Source: an uncultured Spirochaetota bacterium (GTDB lineage Bacteria > Spirochaetota > Spirochaetia > SZUA-6 > Fen-1364). From it: 64,000 bases of DNA. Positions 49,823 through 58,038 of this stretch are shown here, piece after piece. Every line of letters starts with the position of its first letter. The first letter of the stretch is position 1. The notes under the pieces were generated by a model. It was not told where the DNA came from. It saw nothing but the letters and a program-made list of their open reading frames with translations, and ran no database searches. The stretch covers positions 2,752,001 to 2,816,000 of the forward strand of contig CAWGAA010000001.1 in NCBI GenBank assembly GCA_963820525.1, read 5' to 3'. Made by a program: the position numbers and the translations under genes.

Positions 49823-51194
49823 AAAGTTTGCAGCGGTTTTCGATAGATCTCCTTATCAGTCCACTGATCCGATCGTTAAAATTCAGTACGTTCAAAAGGG
49901 CAATAATGTTGTTTTTGGTCGAACTCTATCAGGCGAGAACTATGACAAACTAATCTACCTCGGCAAGGTTTACGAGAATACCGCCGGGAAAAACTACCTT
50001 AGTTCAGACGCTTGGCTGGATGTTGGCTACCCGCACGTAATCTATATTACGGGAACGCGAGGAAGCGGGAAGAGCTTTGACTTAGGCGTCTTGATCGAAG
50101 GCATTTCCGAGCTATCTAATCCATCAACAGCGCAGAACAACGTCCAGCCTATCTGCTCGATAGTAATTGATACGCAGAGCCAATTCTGGACTCTAAACTA
50201 TACGCCAAACCCGGCTGTCAAGGAGAACAAGGAGCAACTAGCCGAACTTAAGAAATGGAATATTAGTCCCAATTCTCTGAAGCATTGCAGGCTTTATATT
50301 CCTCCCTCAACCGAGAGAATAACAAACACTGAAACCATATTCCAGATTCGAACATCCGACGTACGACATGAAGAATGGTGTGCTTTAATCGGTGAGCAAA
50401 TATACAGTCCTCAAGGGCATGTCCTTGGCCAAGCTCTTGAGGATCTTTCTGGAAAGGCCTATTCGCTTGAAGATCTGATCTCGTATGTTGCAAATGGAGA
50501 CAATTGGGATAATGTTCCTGAAGTCTCTCGAAATGCAATCGTCTATAAGCTTGAGGGTTACCGTCGAACAGGGCTTTTCAGTGCAAAAGGAATCGACATT
50601 TGCACGCTACTTTCACCTGGTCAGTGTTCAGTATTTCTTTTGCGGGATCTTAGGAACGAAGACAAAGCCCTAATCACTTCTCTGATAGCACGCCAACTTT
50701 CAAGCATCTTGGGTGCTCACCATAAAAAGCTCAAAGTCAGCAAATTCTTCGAAAGAAAGGAAGAGGACGACGGACTTCCAAATACAGTTTGGATGTTTAT
50801 AGATGAGGCTCATGTGGTTGCTCCAAACGGTTCAGTGTCTCCTGCCACCAATGCTCTTATAGATTATGTAAAGCGTGGTAGAGATGCAGGACTGTCCTTG
50901 GTAATGGCCACGCAACAACCCTCTGCTGTTGATGATAGAATATTGAGCCAAGTCAATATCACATTCTCGCATAGACTTACATTTCAAAATGACATAAGTG
51001 CTGCGATAAACCGAATACCTACTAAGCTTCTAAAGGACTTGAAATATGCAGGAAGAGATATAACAGATTTTGGCGACATGCTTCGGTATCTCGAGGCTGG
51101 TGAATGTTTCTTGGGCGATCACAACACTAGCAGAGCTGTCTTGGTTTCTATTAGGCCAAGGGTGACTCCTCATGGTGGTTATAACCCAAGCTAA
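49797..51194 (+). CDS. HerA/FtsK-superfamily ATPase (DUF87-like)
   Basis: PHVIYITGTRGSGKSF, VIDTQSQFW, MFIDEAH, KRGRDAGLSLVMATQQPS. Confidence 0.85.
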   Translation: MSFVSTQAEKFAAVFDRSPYQSTDPIVKIQYVQKGNNVVFGRTLSGENYDKLIYLGKVYENTAGKNYLSSDAWLDVGYPHVIYITGTRGSGKSFDLGVLIEGISELSNPSTAQNNVQPICSIVIDTQSQFWTLNYTPNPAVKENKEQLAELKKWNISPNSLKHCRLYIPPSTERITNTETIFQIRTSDVRHEEWCALIGEQIYSPQGHVLGQALEDLSGKAYSLEDLISYVANGDNWDNVPEVSRNAIVYKLEGYRRTGLFSAKGIDICTLLSPGQCSVFLLRDLRNEDKALITSLIARQLSSILGAHHKKLKVSKFFERKEEDDGLPNTVWMFIDEAHVVAPNGSVSPATNALIDYVKRGRDAGLSLVMATQQPSAVDDRILSQVNITFSHRLTFQNDISAAINRIPTKLLKDLKYAGRDITDFGDMLRYLEAGECFLGDHNTSRAVLVSIRPRVTPHGGYNPS

Positions 51195-52374
51195 CCCATA
51201 TCTCACAATTAGTCGTAAAATTGGCTACTCTGTCGGCCTTGAATCACTCAACGAACGTGTCTTTGAGCTTGTAAAGCTCTACGATACTGAAAAAGGGCTT
51301 TCCTTTGCTTCATTTACCAATCTTGTAGAGAAGACATATGCTCGCAAGAATGCTGTGGAACATTTTGCCAATTTTTATGGTACACTTAATCTTGTTAGGC
51401 TTGTCGGAAGAGATATTGAGCCGCTTTTCAGATTAGACACTCTTGCTATTCTACGCAGACTCTTCCTTGATGACGAACCAAAATTCTTACTATGTCAACG
51501 AATCATTCTGACCCTGCTAATCATTGAGGCAGACGGGGATGTATTCCTTAATGGCCTCTTCGCTGATTTCAAGCCAAACGAGATGAAGACAAAGCTCGAA
51601 GCGATGTCCTTCACAAAAATCCAGCGTCTACAGACTGTATTTCCGACGAAAGCCTTGTTAGCGCAAATGGCTAGCATAATAAACATCAAAAACCAAACTC
51701 AGAAGAATGCAATTTCAGATGAAAAGCTTGGTCGCTTCGAAAAACGTAAAATGCCACTTGAGATGGGAAAAAGAACTACAAGCCTAGATACTTCAGTTTA
51801 TTTGACGCAAAACATCTCTGAAGACTACCTTGACAAGACCAGCAAGACAAGAAAGGGATGGGCACAAGACTTATTGCTGTTTAAAGGAGAGAAGCGAACG
51901 GCCATAGGGGACAAACTGTTGAGCTTTCTATTTGAGAATATAGTCTCCACCGACATTGAACGCAGTTGTATACTTTATTGGGGCTATAAATCTGATCTAG
52001 ACCGTATTCGAGTTGACCCCTCAAAAATCAGTGCTATTTCCTTCGAAGAATGGGATCTCATCTCTCAGATTTCAAAGGCCTATAAAGGGGAAACTTCCGT
52101 GGGGACACAGAAACTCTCCGATGATCAATTGTACAAGCTGTTCTTAAAAATGCATCAACTTTATAGAGAAGCGTCCTCTTCACGGGGATCTATTCGAAAC
52201 AGTTTACCCTTGTATATCGCTGAGCCAATTCTCGCTGCGTATTGCGTTGCAAAGAACATTCGGTTGCCCGACATAAACGCCTATCTAAAGAAAGAGTTCA
52301 CTCGACCAGTTCGACGTATCCAAAGAATGATAATCCGTGGTACCCTCGGAGCGCTTTACTTCATGAAGGAATAA
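51172..52374 (+). CDS. Hypothetical protein, possibly tandem winged-helix DNA-binding
   Basis: 400-aa ORF overlapping/abutting both neighbours; wHTH-like segments (EHFANFYGTLNLV; TRKGWAQDLLLF...RTAIGDKLL). Fold is inferred. Confidence 0.6.
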   Translation: MVVITQANPYLTISRKIGYSVGLESLNERVFELVKLYDTEKGLSFASFTNLVEKTYARKNAVEHFANFYGTLNLVRLVGRDIEPLFRLDTLAILRRLFLDDEPKFLLCQRIILTLLIIEADGDVFLNGLFADFKPNEMKTKLEAMSFTKIQRLQTVFPTKALLAQMASIINIKNQTQKNAISDEKLGRFEKRKMPLEMGKRTTSLDTSVYLTQNISEDYLDKTSKTRKGWAQDLLLFKGEKRTAIGDKLLSFLFENIVSTDIERSCILYWGYKSDLDRIRVDPSKISAISFEEWDLISQISKAYKGETSVGTQKLSDDQLYKLFLKMHQLYREASSSRGSIRNSLPLYIAEPILAAYCVAKNIRLPDINAYLKKEFTRPVRRIQRMIIRGTLGALYFMKE

Positions 52375-52375
52375 T

Positions 52376-53260
52376 ATGGCTGTACACATCACCAAAGAGT
52401 TTCTCAACGATCTAAGAGAGGCCGATGATCTAAGGTTTGTCAGACAAGTATTGAATCACACGATAGACCGTGACGGTGATTTTGCAGACGACAAGGATGA
52501 TCATAGATATAAGGACATCGATGATGCTTGGATACGCTGCGTCAGTAAAGGCGCAACTGCTTTCCGGGTAATATTCATAAGAAAAGGTTCAGACATATAT
52601 CTCTATAGAGCTGGACATCATGACATTGAAGATCATTTGGCGCCTGCGCGCTCCTTTTCCTCGTCTATTACACTGGCAGAAGGCCCAATCAAACAGCCTC
52701 AAGAATATAAAGAGCAAGTTCCTCAGCAGATTTTTCTTAAGAACTCTGAACCTGCCTTCATAAACAAGTTCCTGATAAGCATGTATCACTTGAGGCATCA
52801 TGAGATCTACATTGTGTCTCCTTTTCTGGACTTGCCGATTCTATCTAGCAAGCATCACTTTGGTAGATTCCTTGACAAAGCAAAGGAAGAGGGAACCGAT
52901 GTTATTTTGATCACGCTACCTCCAAAAAATGACGATGAGATTACTGTTTTTAGAGACTTGGAGTTACGAGATATTCGAGTATTCTTTCTTCCTAGACTGC
53001 ACACAAAGCTATATATCTTTAATGTGGACCTTGAATCGAGAACTTTCTATCAGCGCGGTGTCTTCGGAACAGCTGTACTCGGATCCTCCAATTTGACATG
53101 CCCGGGTCTTGGTTTCGATGAACTGCAGCCTAATGAAGAGCTTTGTTCCACGTTTCACACCGATAGAATTGACGAATTGAAGGATTATGTTCTAAAGTTG
53201 ATGTTTCGCTCTCAGGACTTTACAGATTTTATGCAAAGAAGAAGGAGACAGCAACGATGA
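52376..53260 (+). CDS. RelE/ParE-like N-terminal domain fused to a phospholipase D-family nuclease domain
   Basis: N-term VHITKEFLNDL...FRVIFIRKGSDIYLYRAGHHD; C-term IYIVSPFL, LHTKLYIF, GSSNLT..G...NEE. Confidence 0.75.
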   Translation: MAVHITKEFLNDLREADDLRFVRQVLNHTIDRDGDFADDKDDHRYKDIDDAWIRCVSKGATAFRVIFIRKGSDIYLYRAGHHDIEDHLAPARSFSSSITLAEGPIKQPQEYKEQVPQQIFLKNSEPAFINKFLISMYHLRHHEIYIVSPFLDLPILSSKHHFGRFLDKAKEEGTDVILITLPPKNDDEITVFRDLELRDIRVFFLPRLHTKLYIFNVDLESRTFYQRGVFGTAVLGSSNLTCPGLGFDELQPNEELCSTFHTDRIDELKDYVLKLMFRSQDFTDFMQRRRRQQR

Positions 53261-54396
53261 TTGCTCCGGAGACATTTTATAAAGCTGCCAATCTGAGGGA
53301 CAATCCTTTTCGAACAAACCCTGCCGCCGAGGCAGATCCTCGAAGAGGCATCTGGATAGGGTATCTGAATGAAAGAAACACGTTGACGAAGTATCTCCAG
53401 CGTTCTTTGTCTGACAACGTTGGGAATATCAACTTTGTAATGATTTACGGCGAATTGGGTAATGGCAAATCGCACGCTCTGCTTTGGTCTCAGCATTTGG
53501 TGCTTGTTGCAGAAAACGAGAAATACAACAGTGTTGCATATTATATTCAAAGCCTAAAGCGCGACAAAGGCAAAATGTCATTTGTCTCAGCGTTCAATGA
53601 AGACATTGTTGGCAAGTCCAATCTTGCGGGAGATCTCCTAATCTATAAACAGTTTGTCTCTGAATGCATAATCGAGTATAAGCGAGATAACGCGCTCGGA
53701 CCTGATGTAAGCAATGATAAGGTGGCTGAGCGACTCATTCCATCAATGGATATGCGTAATACGCTTACAAAAATTCTGAAATGTGAAACCGAGGACAATA
53801 TAAGAGGCCTCTTAGGCACTGACACAGACTACTCTGCGATGCTGCTCTTCTGCCAAATTGTGAATCTGTTTGTTCACCCTTATGAACTTGCAGCAGGCAA
53901 GAAGAGATACAAGAAATGCGTCTATCTCTTCATTGACGAGATGGACGTTCTAGGTGAAGTCCCTCCCAAAGAAGCCAGAGATGTTAACGCCTTGTTACGA
54001 CATATCTATGACCTTTGCCCAAATTGCTTCTTCCTTGGGCTTGGCTTCACTGCAACTGCCGCTGAGCTTGGGGTTCTTTTCGATGAATTTGTTCTTTCTA
54101 GAGTTTCGAAGCAAATCACTCTGCAGTTCATGCAGCCTGTAGAAGCTCAGGACTTCATTCGCCAAATACTCAATACAGTTCGAATTGATAACAAGAAGCA
54201 CATTGATTATTTCCCATTCACGGAAGACGCGGTTGGGACAATAGTCTCACGAATGGTGTCAATAACTCCACGAAAAATCGTTAATCAAATGCTGCAGATA
54301 CTCGAAGAATGTCGCCTAGCAGATCTTGATCCGTCAAAGGCTCCGATCTCTACAACCCAACTCGATGAAAAGGAGATATGGGAGATGGTGGATTGA
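53257..54396 (+). CDS. AAA+ P-loop ATPase
   Basis: NLRDNPF, IYGELGNGKSH (Walker A), LFIDEMD (Walker B), VLSR, YFPFT, TPRKI. Confidence 0.8.
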   Translation: MIAPETFYKAANLRDNPFRTNPAAEADPRRGIWIGYLNERNTLTKYLQRSLSDNVGNINFVMIYGELGNGKSHALLWSQHLVLVAENEKYNSVAYYIQSLKRDKGKMSFVSAFNEDIVGKSNLAGDLLIYKQFVSECIIEYKRDNALGPDVSNDKVAERLIPSMDMRNTLTKILKCETEDNIRGLLGTDTDYSAMLLFCQIVNLFVHPYELAAGKKRYKKCVYLFIDEMDVLGEVPPKEARDVNALLRHIYDLCPNCFFLGLGFTATAAELGVLFDEFVLSRVSKQITLQFMQPVEAQDFIRQILNTVRIDNKKHIDYFPFTEDAVGTIVSRMVSITPRKIVNQMLQILEECRLADLDPSKAPISTTQLDEKEIWEMVD

Positions 54397-55256
54397 GCAA
54401 GAAAATTGTCGGCGCAAAGACGAAGGCTCAGAAAGTCCTCGATGGCTTTGCGCAGTCAGAATGTCTCCCCATAGTGCAATCCATATCATCCATGCTAATT
54501 CGACTCCAAACAGCGTTTGACCTCCTTGGCAAATCGATTATGCACACTGACCAGAACTCTTCTCCTGTCATAGATCCTTCCACCATCCTTGAAGCAATTG
54601 AAAGCATGAAGCTTTCAGAGTTTTCTCTTGATAAAGATGCTGTAGATAATGCTCGCAAATGGGCAATTTTCCAACTTGCCACGACCTATAGCAACCTTGG
54701 AGAGTTGATTCGACAACACTGTGCCGAGCGAGCGATAAAGATAGACGGCGGCCCACGATCTTTCATTCTTGCTAATTTTCTGCATATTGTAATCGATTTT
54801 GAATCAAATGCCGTGTTTATAGAAGACAAAAAACTCGAGCGACTATCCACTTCCGCTATTCTTAAGTTGATCGATGCGGAAATTTCGAATGAAAACAAAA
54901 GAAGCCCGAGCTCGAGTGAATTCCTACTTGCTTGTTATCGGGCATATAGCTACCTCATAAAGGCTTCTGCTCAAGAGTATGGTACTCCTATGAGAGTTCG
55001 CGATGTTTACAAACAGATTATTATTGCGAGTCAGCCGGAGAAATTTTGGAAGAACCCCAATCGCGCAAACCTATTTGAATATGATGAACATCTCTTCAAG
55101 CGAGATCTTGTACGACTCTTTCTTGAGAACTCTTCGGCCCTTCCAACTGGTGAAAGTATTGAGCTATTGCCTACTGCCTTTCCTAAACAAGGGATTCCAA
55201 TCCCTTTGCCCGAAGGCACAAGATACATCGGTCATATTGCCTTCCGCAGAGCATAA
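54393..55256 (+). CDS. Hypothetical protein associated with DUF2791 ATPases
   Basis: TTGA overlap with the upstream stop (alternative ATG 54378); helical N-half; C-terminal QPEKFWKNP...YDEHLFKRDL. Confidence 0.6.
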   Translation: MSKKIVGAKTKAQKVLDGFAQSECLPIVQSISSMLIRLQTAFDLLGKSIMHTDQNSSPVIDPSTILEAIESMKLSEFSLDKDAVDNARKWAIFQLATTYSNLGELIRQHCAERAIKIDGGPRSFILANFLHIVIDFESNAVFIEDKKLERLSTSAILKLIDAEISNENKRSPSSSEFLLACYRAYSYLIKASAQEYGTPMRVRDVYKQIIIASQPEKFWKNPNRANLFEYDEHLFKRDLVRLFLENSSALPTGESIELLPTAFPKQGIPIPLPEGTRYIGHIAFRRA

Positions 55257-55258
55257 CA

Positions 55259-56566
55259 ATGCTTGAGCTTTCTATTGAGACTGCTAGAAGGATCATAAGC
55301 CATCTAAAATCGGGAACTACTCCTATCGATTGTGTTCAACATCTCAACGTTGGCAACGAGAAGTGGTATTCTGCTGCAGAACGGCAACTTAAGGATATTT
55401 CAGTTGATGGGGATTCTTTGGTTAGATTCATAAACGGCTATTACGGCGACGGTAAGACGCACTTCCTTGGAATGCTAAGGGCGATAGCTTTTTCGAACAG
55501 GTGGGCGGTGTCTTATGTCTCAGCTGAGAACACTCCATTACACAAATTTGATGTCGTTTATTCTGAAATCATTCGGAACCTTAGCATTCCCCGTTCTTTG
55601 ACACTTCCAGAATGGATTGCCAAAGAAGATTGTAGAGGTGCACCAGCAATACTTGGAGCGCTTTTCTTTCGCTTTTACTTTGAGGCATACAGATTATCAG
55701 ACAACGCTGGCTTACGAAAAGAAAGAGTAATCGAAACTATTCGACATAGGGTAGCGACATTTTGTTCCCAACCGGATATCTCGGAGCCTCTCGGAGTCGC
55801 GATTAGGTACTATTTCGAGGCTATAATAAAGGGAGACTCCTCAACCGCTCATTCGCTTTGTGAATGGCTTGAAGGAATGGATGCCCGCGTTGACGGATTG
55901 CCTGTTCTGAAGAGGATCGATAAGCTTCGATCCAGAGACGCAAGTCGGGGACTATCGATAATCACCAAGGCCTCGGGCATCTCTGGAGTTCTTATACTGA
56001 TCGATGAGGCCGAGCGGATCATGGAACAGTCCCGATCTATACGCAACAAGAGCTACGGTGTTCTTAGAGATCTCTTAGATAATGCGGATGACCATGGCGG
56101 AATGACCTCAACCATCTATTATGTTGCTGCTACCCCGGAAATGTTTGAAACTGCAAGCGGTTTTGCTGAATACGACGCACTACGTTCGCGGCTTTCTAAC
56201 ATCGCTATCGCCTATGCCCCCGACTTAATAGATTGGCGCGGTACTCTTGTTAACCTAGTGAAGACCCCAATGAGTCCCGAGAACCTATCTTCTTTAGCGC
56301 GAAAAGTTATCGGAATCCACTCTATTGCCCGTCAATGGAATCCATCTTCTATCCTTTCTGAGGACTTGATCGATAAGATTATTGAAAAGGTAGTTGCTGG
56401 CGTCTTTTCATCTTCCAAGCCTCGTATAGTAACCTCTTTCTTCGCTAATCTGCTTGAGCTTCTGGAACAGAATAGAGAATATCCGCTAAACGATGGTATC
56501 GAAAGCGTATTGTCCTACATAGTGCCAATCCTCAAGACGAAGCCAAAAGCAAAGTCTTGGGAATAG
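55259..56566 (+). CDS. BrxD/DUF2791-like P-loop ATPase, paralog 1
   Basis: ARRIISHLKSGTTP..VG, RFINGYYGDGKTHF, VVYSEIIRNL, LILIDEAE, AATPE, YDALRSRL. Confidence 0.82.
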   Translation: MLELSIETARRIISHLKSGTTPIDCVQHLNVGNEKWYSAAERQLKDISVDGDSLVRFINGYYGDGKTHFLGMLRAIAFSNRWAVSYVSAENTPLHKFDVVYSEIIRNLSIPRSLTLPEWIAKEDCRGAPAILGALFFRFYFEAYRLSDNAGLRKERVIETIRHRVATFCSQPDISEPLGVAIRYYFEAIIKGDSSTAHSLCEWLEGMDARVDGLPVLKRIDKLRSRDASRGLSIITKASGISGVLILIDEAERIMEQSRSIRNKSYGVLRDLLDNADDHGGMTSTIYYVAATPEMFETASGFAEYDALRSRLSNIAIAYAPDLIDWRGTLVNLVKTPMSPENLSSLARKVIGIHSIARQWNPSSILSEDLIDKIIEKVVAGVFSSSKPRIVTSFFANLLELLEQNREYPLNDGIESVLSYIVPILKTKPKAKSWE

Positions 56567-56571
56567 ACCCA

Positions 56572-57699
56572 ATGATTTCAAACCAACTAAAGCTCAGGCG
56601 GAACATTCGCTACCTCAAGAGAGGCGTATTCCCGCCTGAAGACATTGAACAATTTACTTTTGGTCGCGAGCGTGAATTGGCTGTCATTCAGAAAAAGCTA
56701 TCCGAAGTAAAGGATGGTTGCTGTAGATCTCTCTTTATTCAGGGCGTGTACGGACGAGGGAAATCACATTTATTAAAGTCAATTGAGGCCTCAGGTCTAC
56801 AGAGAGGATTTGCTGTGGCTTGGGTTACAATAGACGGATATGCGCATGCCTTCAATCACCCAACTAGGTATCTGCATTCCATTTCGGAAAGCATTCGCTT
56901 TCCATCCAGTCCTTATCGAGGTCTTGCGGCCAACGCTCGTGCTTGGTTATCGGGCGACAAACGTGAGACCCTTCTTTCATATCTCAGAAGCTCTCGCAAT
57001 ACTTGGATGTCTTTTGCACTTCAATCAATTGCAAGAGATCATCCTTCGTTTCTCGAAAACCATTACAACAGCATTATTGAGAGTCGAGACCTCTTGGGCA
57101 AGAACGGTAAACAATGGTTTGAGCTGGTCGTAGAACGGCTAGATGATATTAGCCGTTTATGTAAGCTTGTAGGACACGGCGGAGTCATTTACCTTTTTGA
57201 TGAGATTGAATCAATCGCCACCCAATTGTCCACGATTAGGCAGAGGCTATTGTCCTATGAGTTTTTAAATATGCTTATCGATGAACGTCGACATGCCCAT
57301 AGCTTTCTTGCATTCGCGGCTACCCCAGATTTTGGAAATAAGATATTGGAAGATGTAGCAGCTATTTCAAACTATGAAGCTGATTATGCTGATGCATGCA
57401 GATTCATTAGGAAATGGATTTCTAACAGCGTAGACTGCATAAATATCAACAGGTTATCAAAAGACTGTCTCTTCCTTCTCTGTGAGCATATTCGAACTAT
57501 TCATGAGAAGGCGTATGAATGGAAATCAAACGGGGCAGTATCCTCGGAGAGCATTAGGACGTTGGTTAGCGAGTGTTTCGCAAAAAACCTTGGAACGAGA
57601 GAGATTGTCAGAACAGTCGTTCATCTTCTTGAGGTCCATGAGCAGCTCTCTCATACGCATTCTTCCAGTCATAGCAGACTGAACGACGAAATCAAATGA
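56572..57699 (+). CDS. BrxD/DUF2791-like P-loop ATPase, paralog 2
   Basis: IRYLKRGVFP..FTFGRERE, IQGVYGRGKSHLL, YLFDEIE, FAATPDF, IHEKAYEW. Confidence 0.78.
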   Translation: MISNQLKLRRNIRYLKRGVFPPEDIEQFTFGRERELAVIQKKLSEVKDGCCRSLFIQGVYGRGKSHLLKSIEASGLQRGFAVAWVTIDGYAHAFNHPTRYLHSISESIRFPSSPYRGLAANARAWLSGDKRETLLSYLRSSRNTWMSFALQSIARDHPSFLENHYNSIIESRDLLGKNGKQWFELVVERLDDISRLCKLVGHGGVIYLFDEIESIATQLSTIRQRLLSYEFLNMLIDERRHAHSFLAFAATPDFGNKILEDVAAISNYEADYADACRFIRKWISNSVDCININRLSKDCLFLLCEHIRTIHEKAYEWKSNGAVSSESIRTLVSECFAKNLGTREIVRTVVHLLEVHEQLSHTHSSSHSRLNDEIK

Positions 57700-57714
57700 A
57701 AGTTTGACCATTGT

Positions 57715-58020
57715 CTCAAGAAGTCTATTAAGATATTTGTGTCACTTATTGCTATCCGCATGCTCTTCGCTCAACTCCGCTTCGGCATCAGAAATTGTCA
57801 AGATAGACAAAGCTGCCGCTTTGCTTATGCTTCTGAGACTGACCTATATAAGAACCGTTTGAATCTTGATGGTTTCTCAATCCCGAGGCATCCTCCTGGC
57901 TCCTTTTTCTGCCAGCCATACCTCTCAAACTCGCGCATGAGAGCACTGTAGCTGCATCGGAAAGAAGCGCGTGCGCATATGCCCGAAATGGAATTGCCTG
58001 AATTGAGATGCCGTATTTAG
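57715..58020 (-). pseudogene. Degraded ImmA/IrrE-type metallopeptidase C-terminus followed by the first codons of a PIN-domain toxin
   Basis: Frameshifted pieces KYGISIQAI.FRA / GWQKKEP...EKPSRFKRFLYRSVSE / ISKAAAL (stop at 57742), overlapping ATG 57761 MRIAISDTNILIDF that breaks off at the operon end. Confidence 0.65.
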
Positions 58021-58038
58021 ACTCGTTTATATGTCCCC

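Noticed and set aside
47846..57699. Calling the operon canonical BREX, Shango, DISARM or Dnd/Ssp
   Set aside because: No PglZ, PglX/methylase, TerB, SF2 helicase, DUF1998 or PAPS-reductase/cysteine desulfurase motifs were seen in the window.
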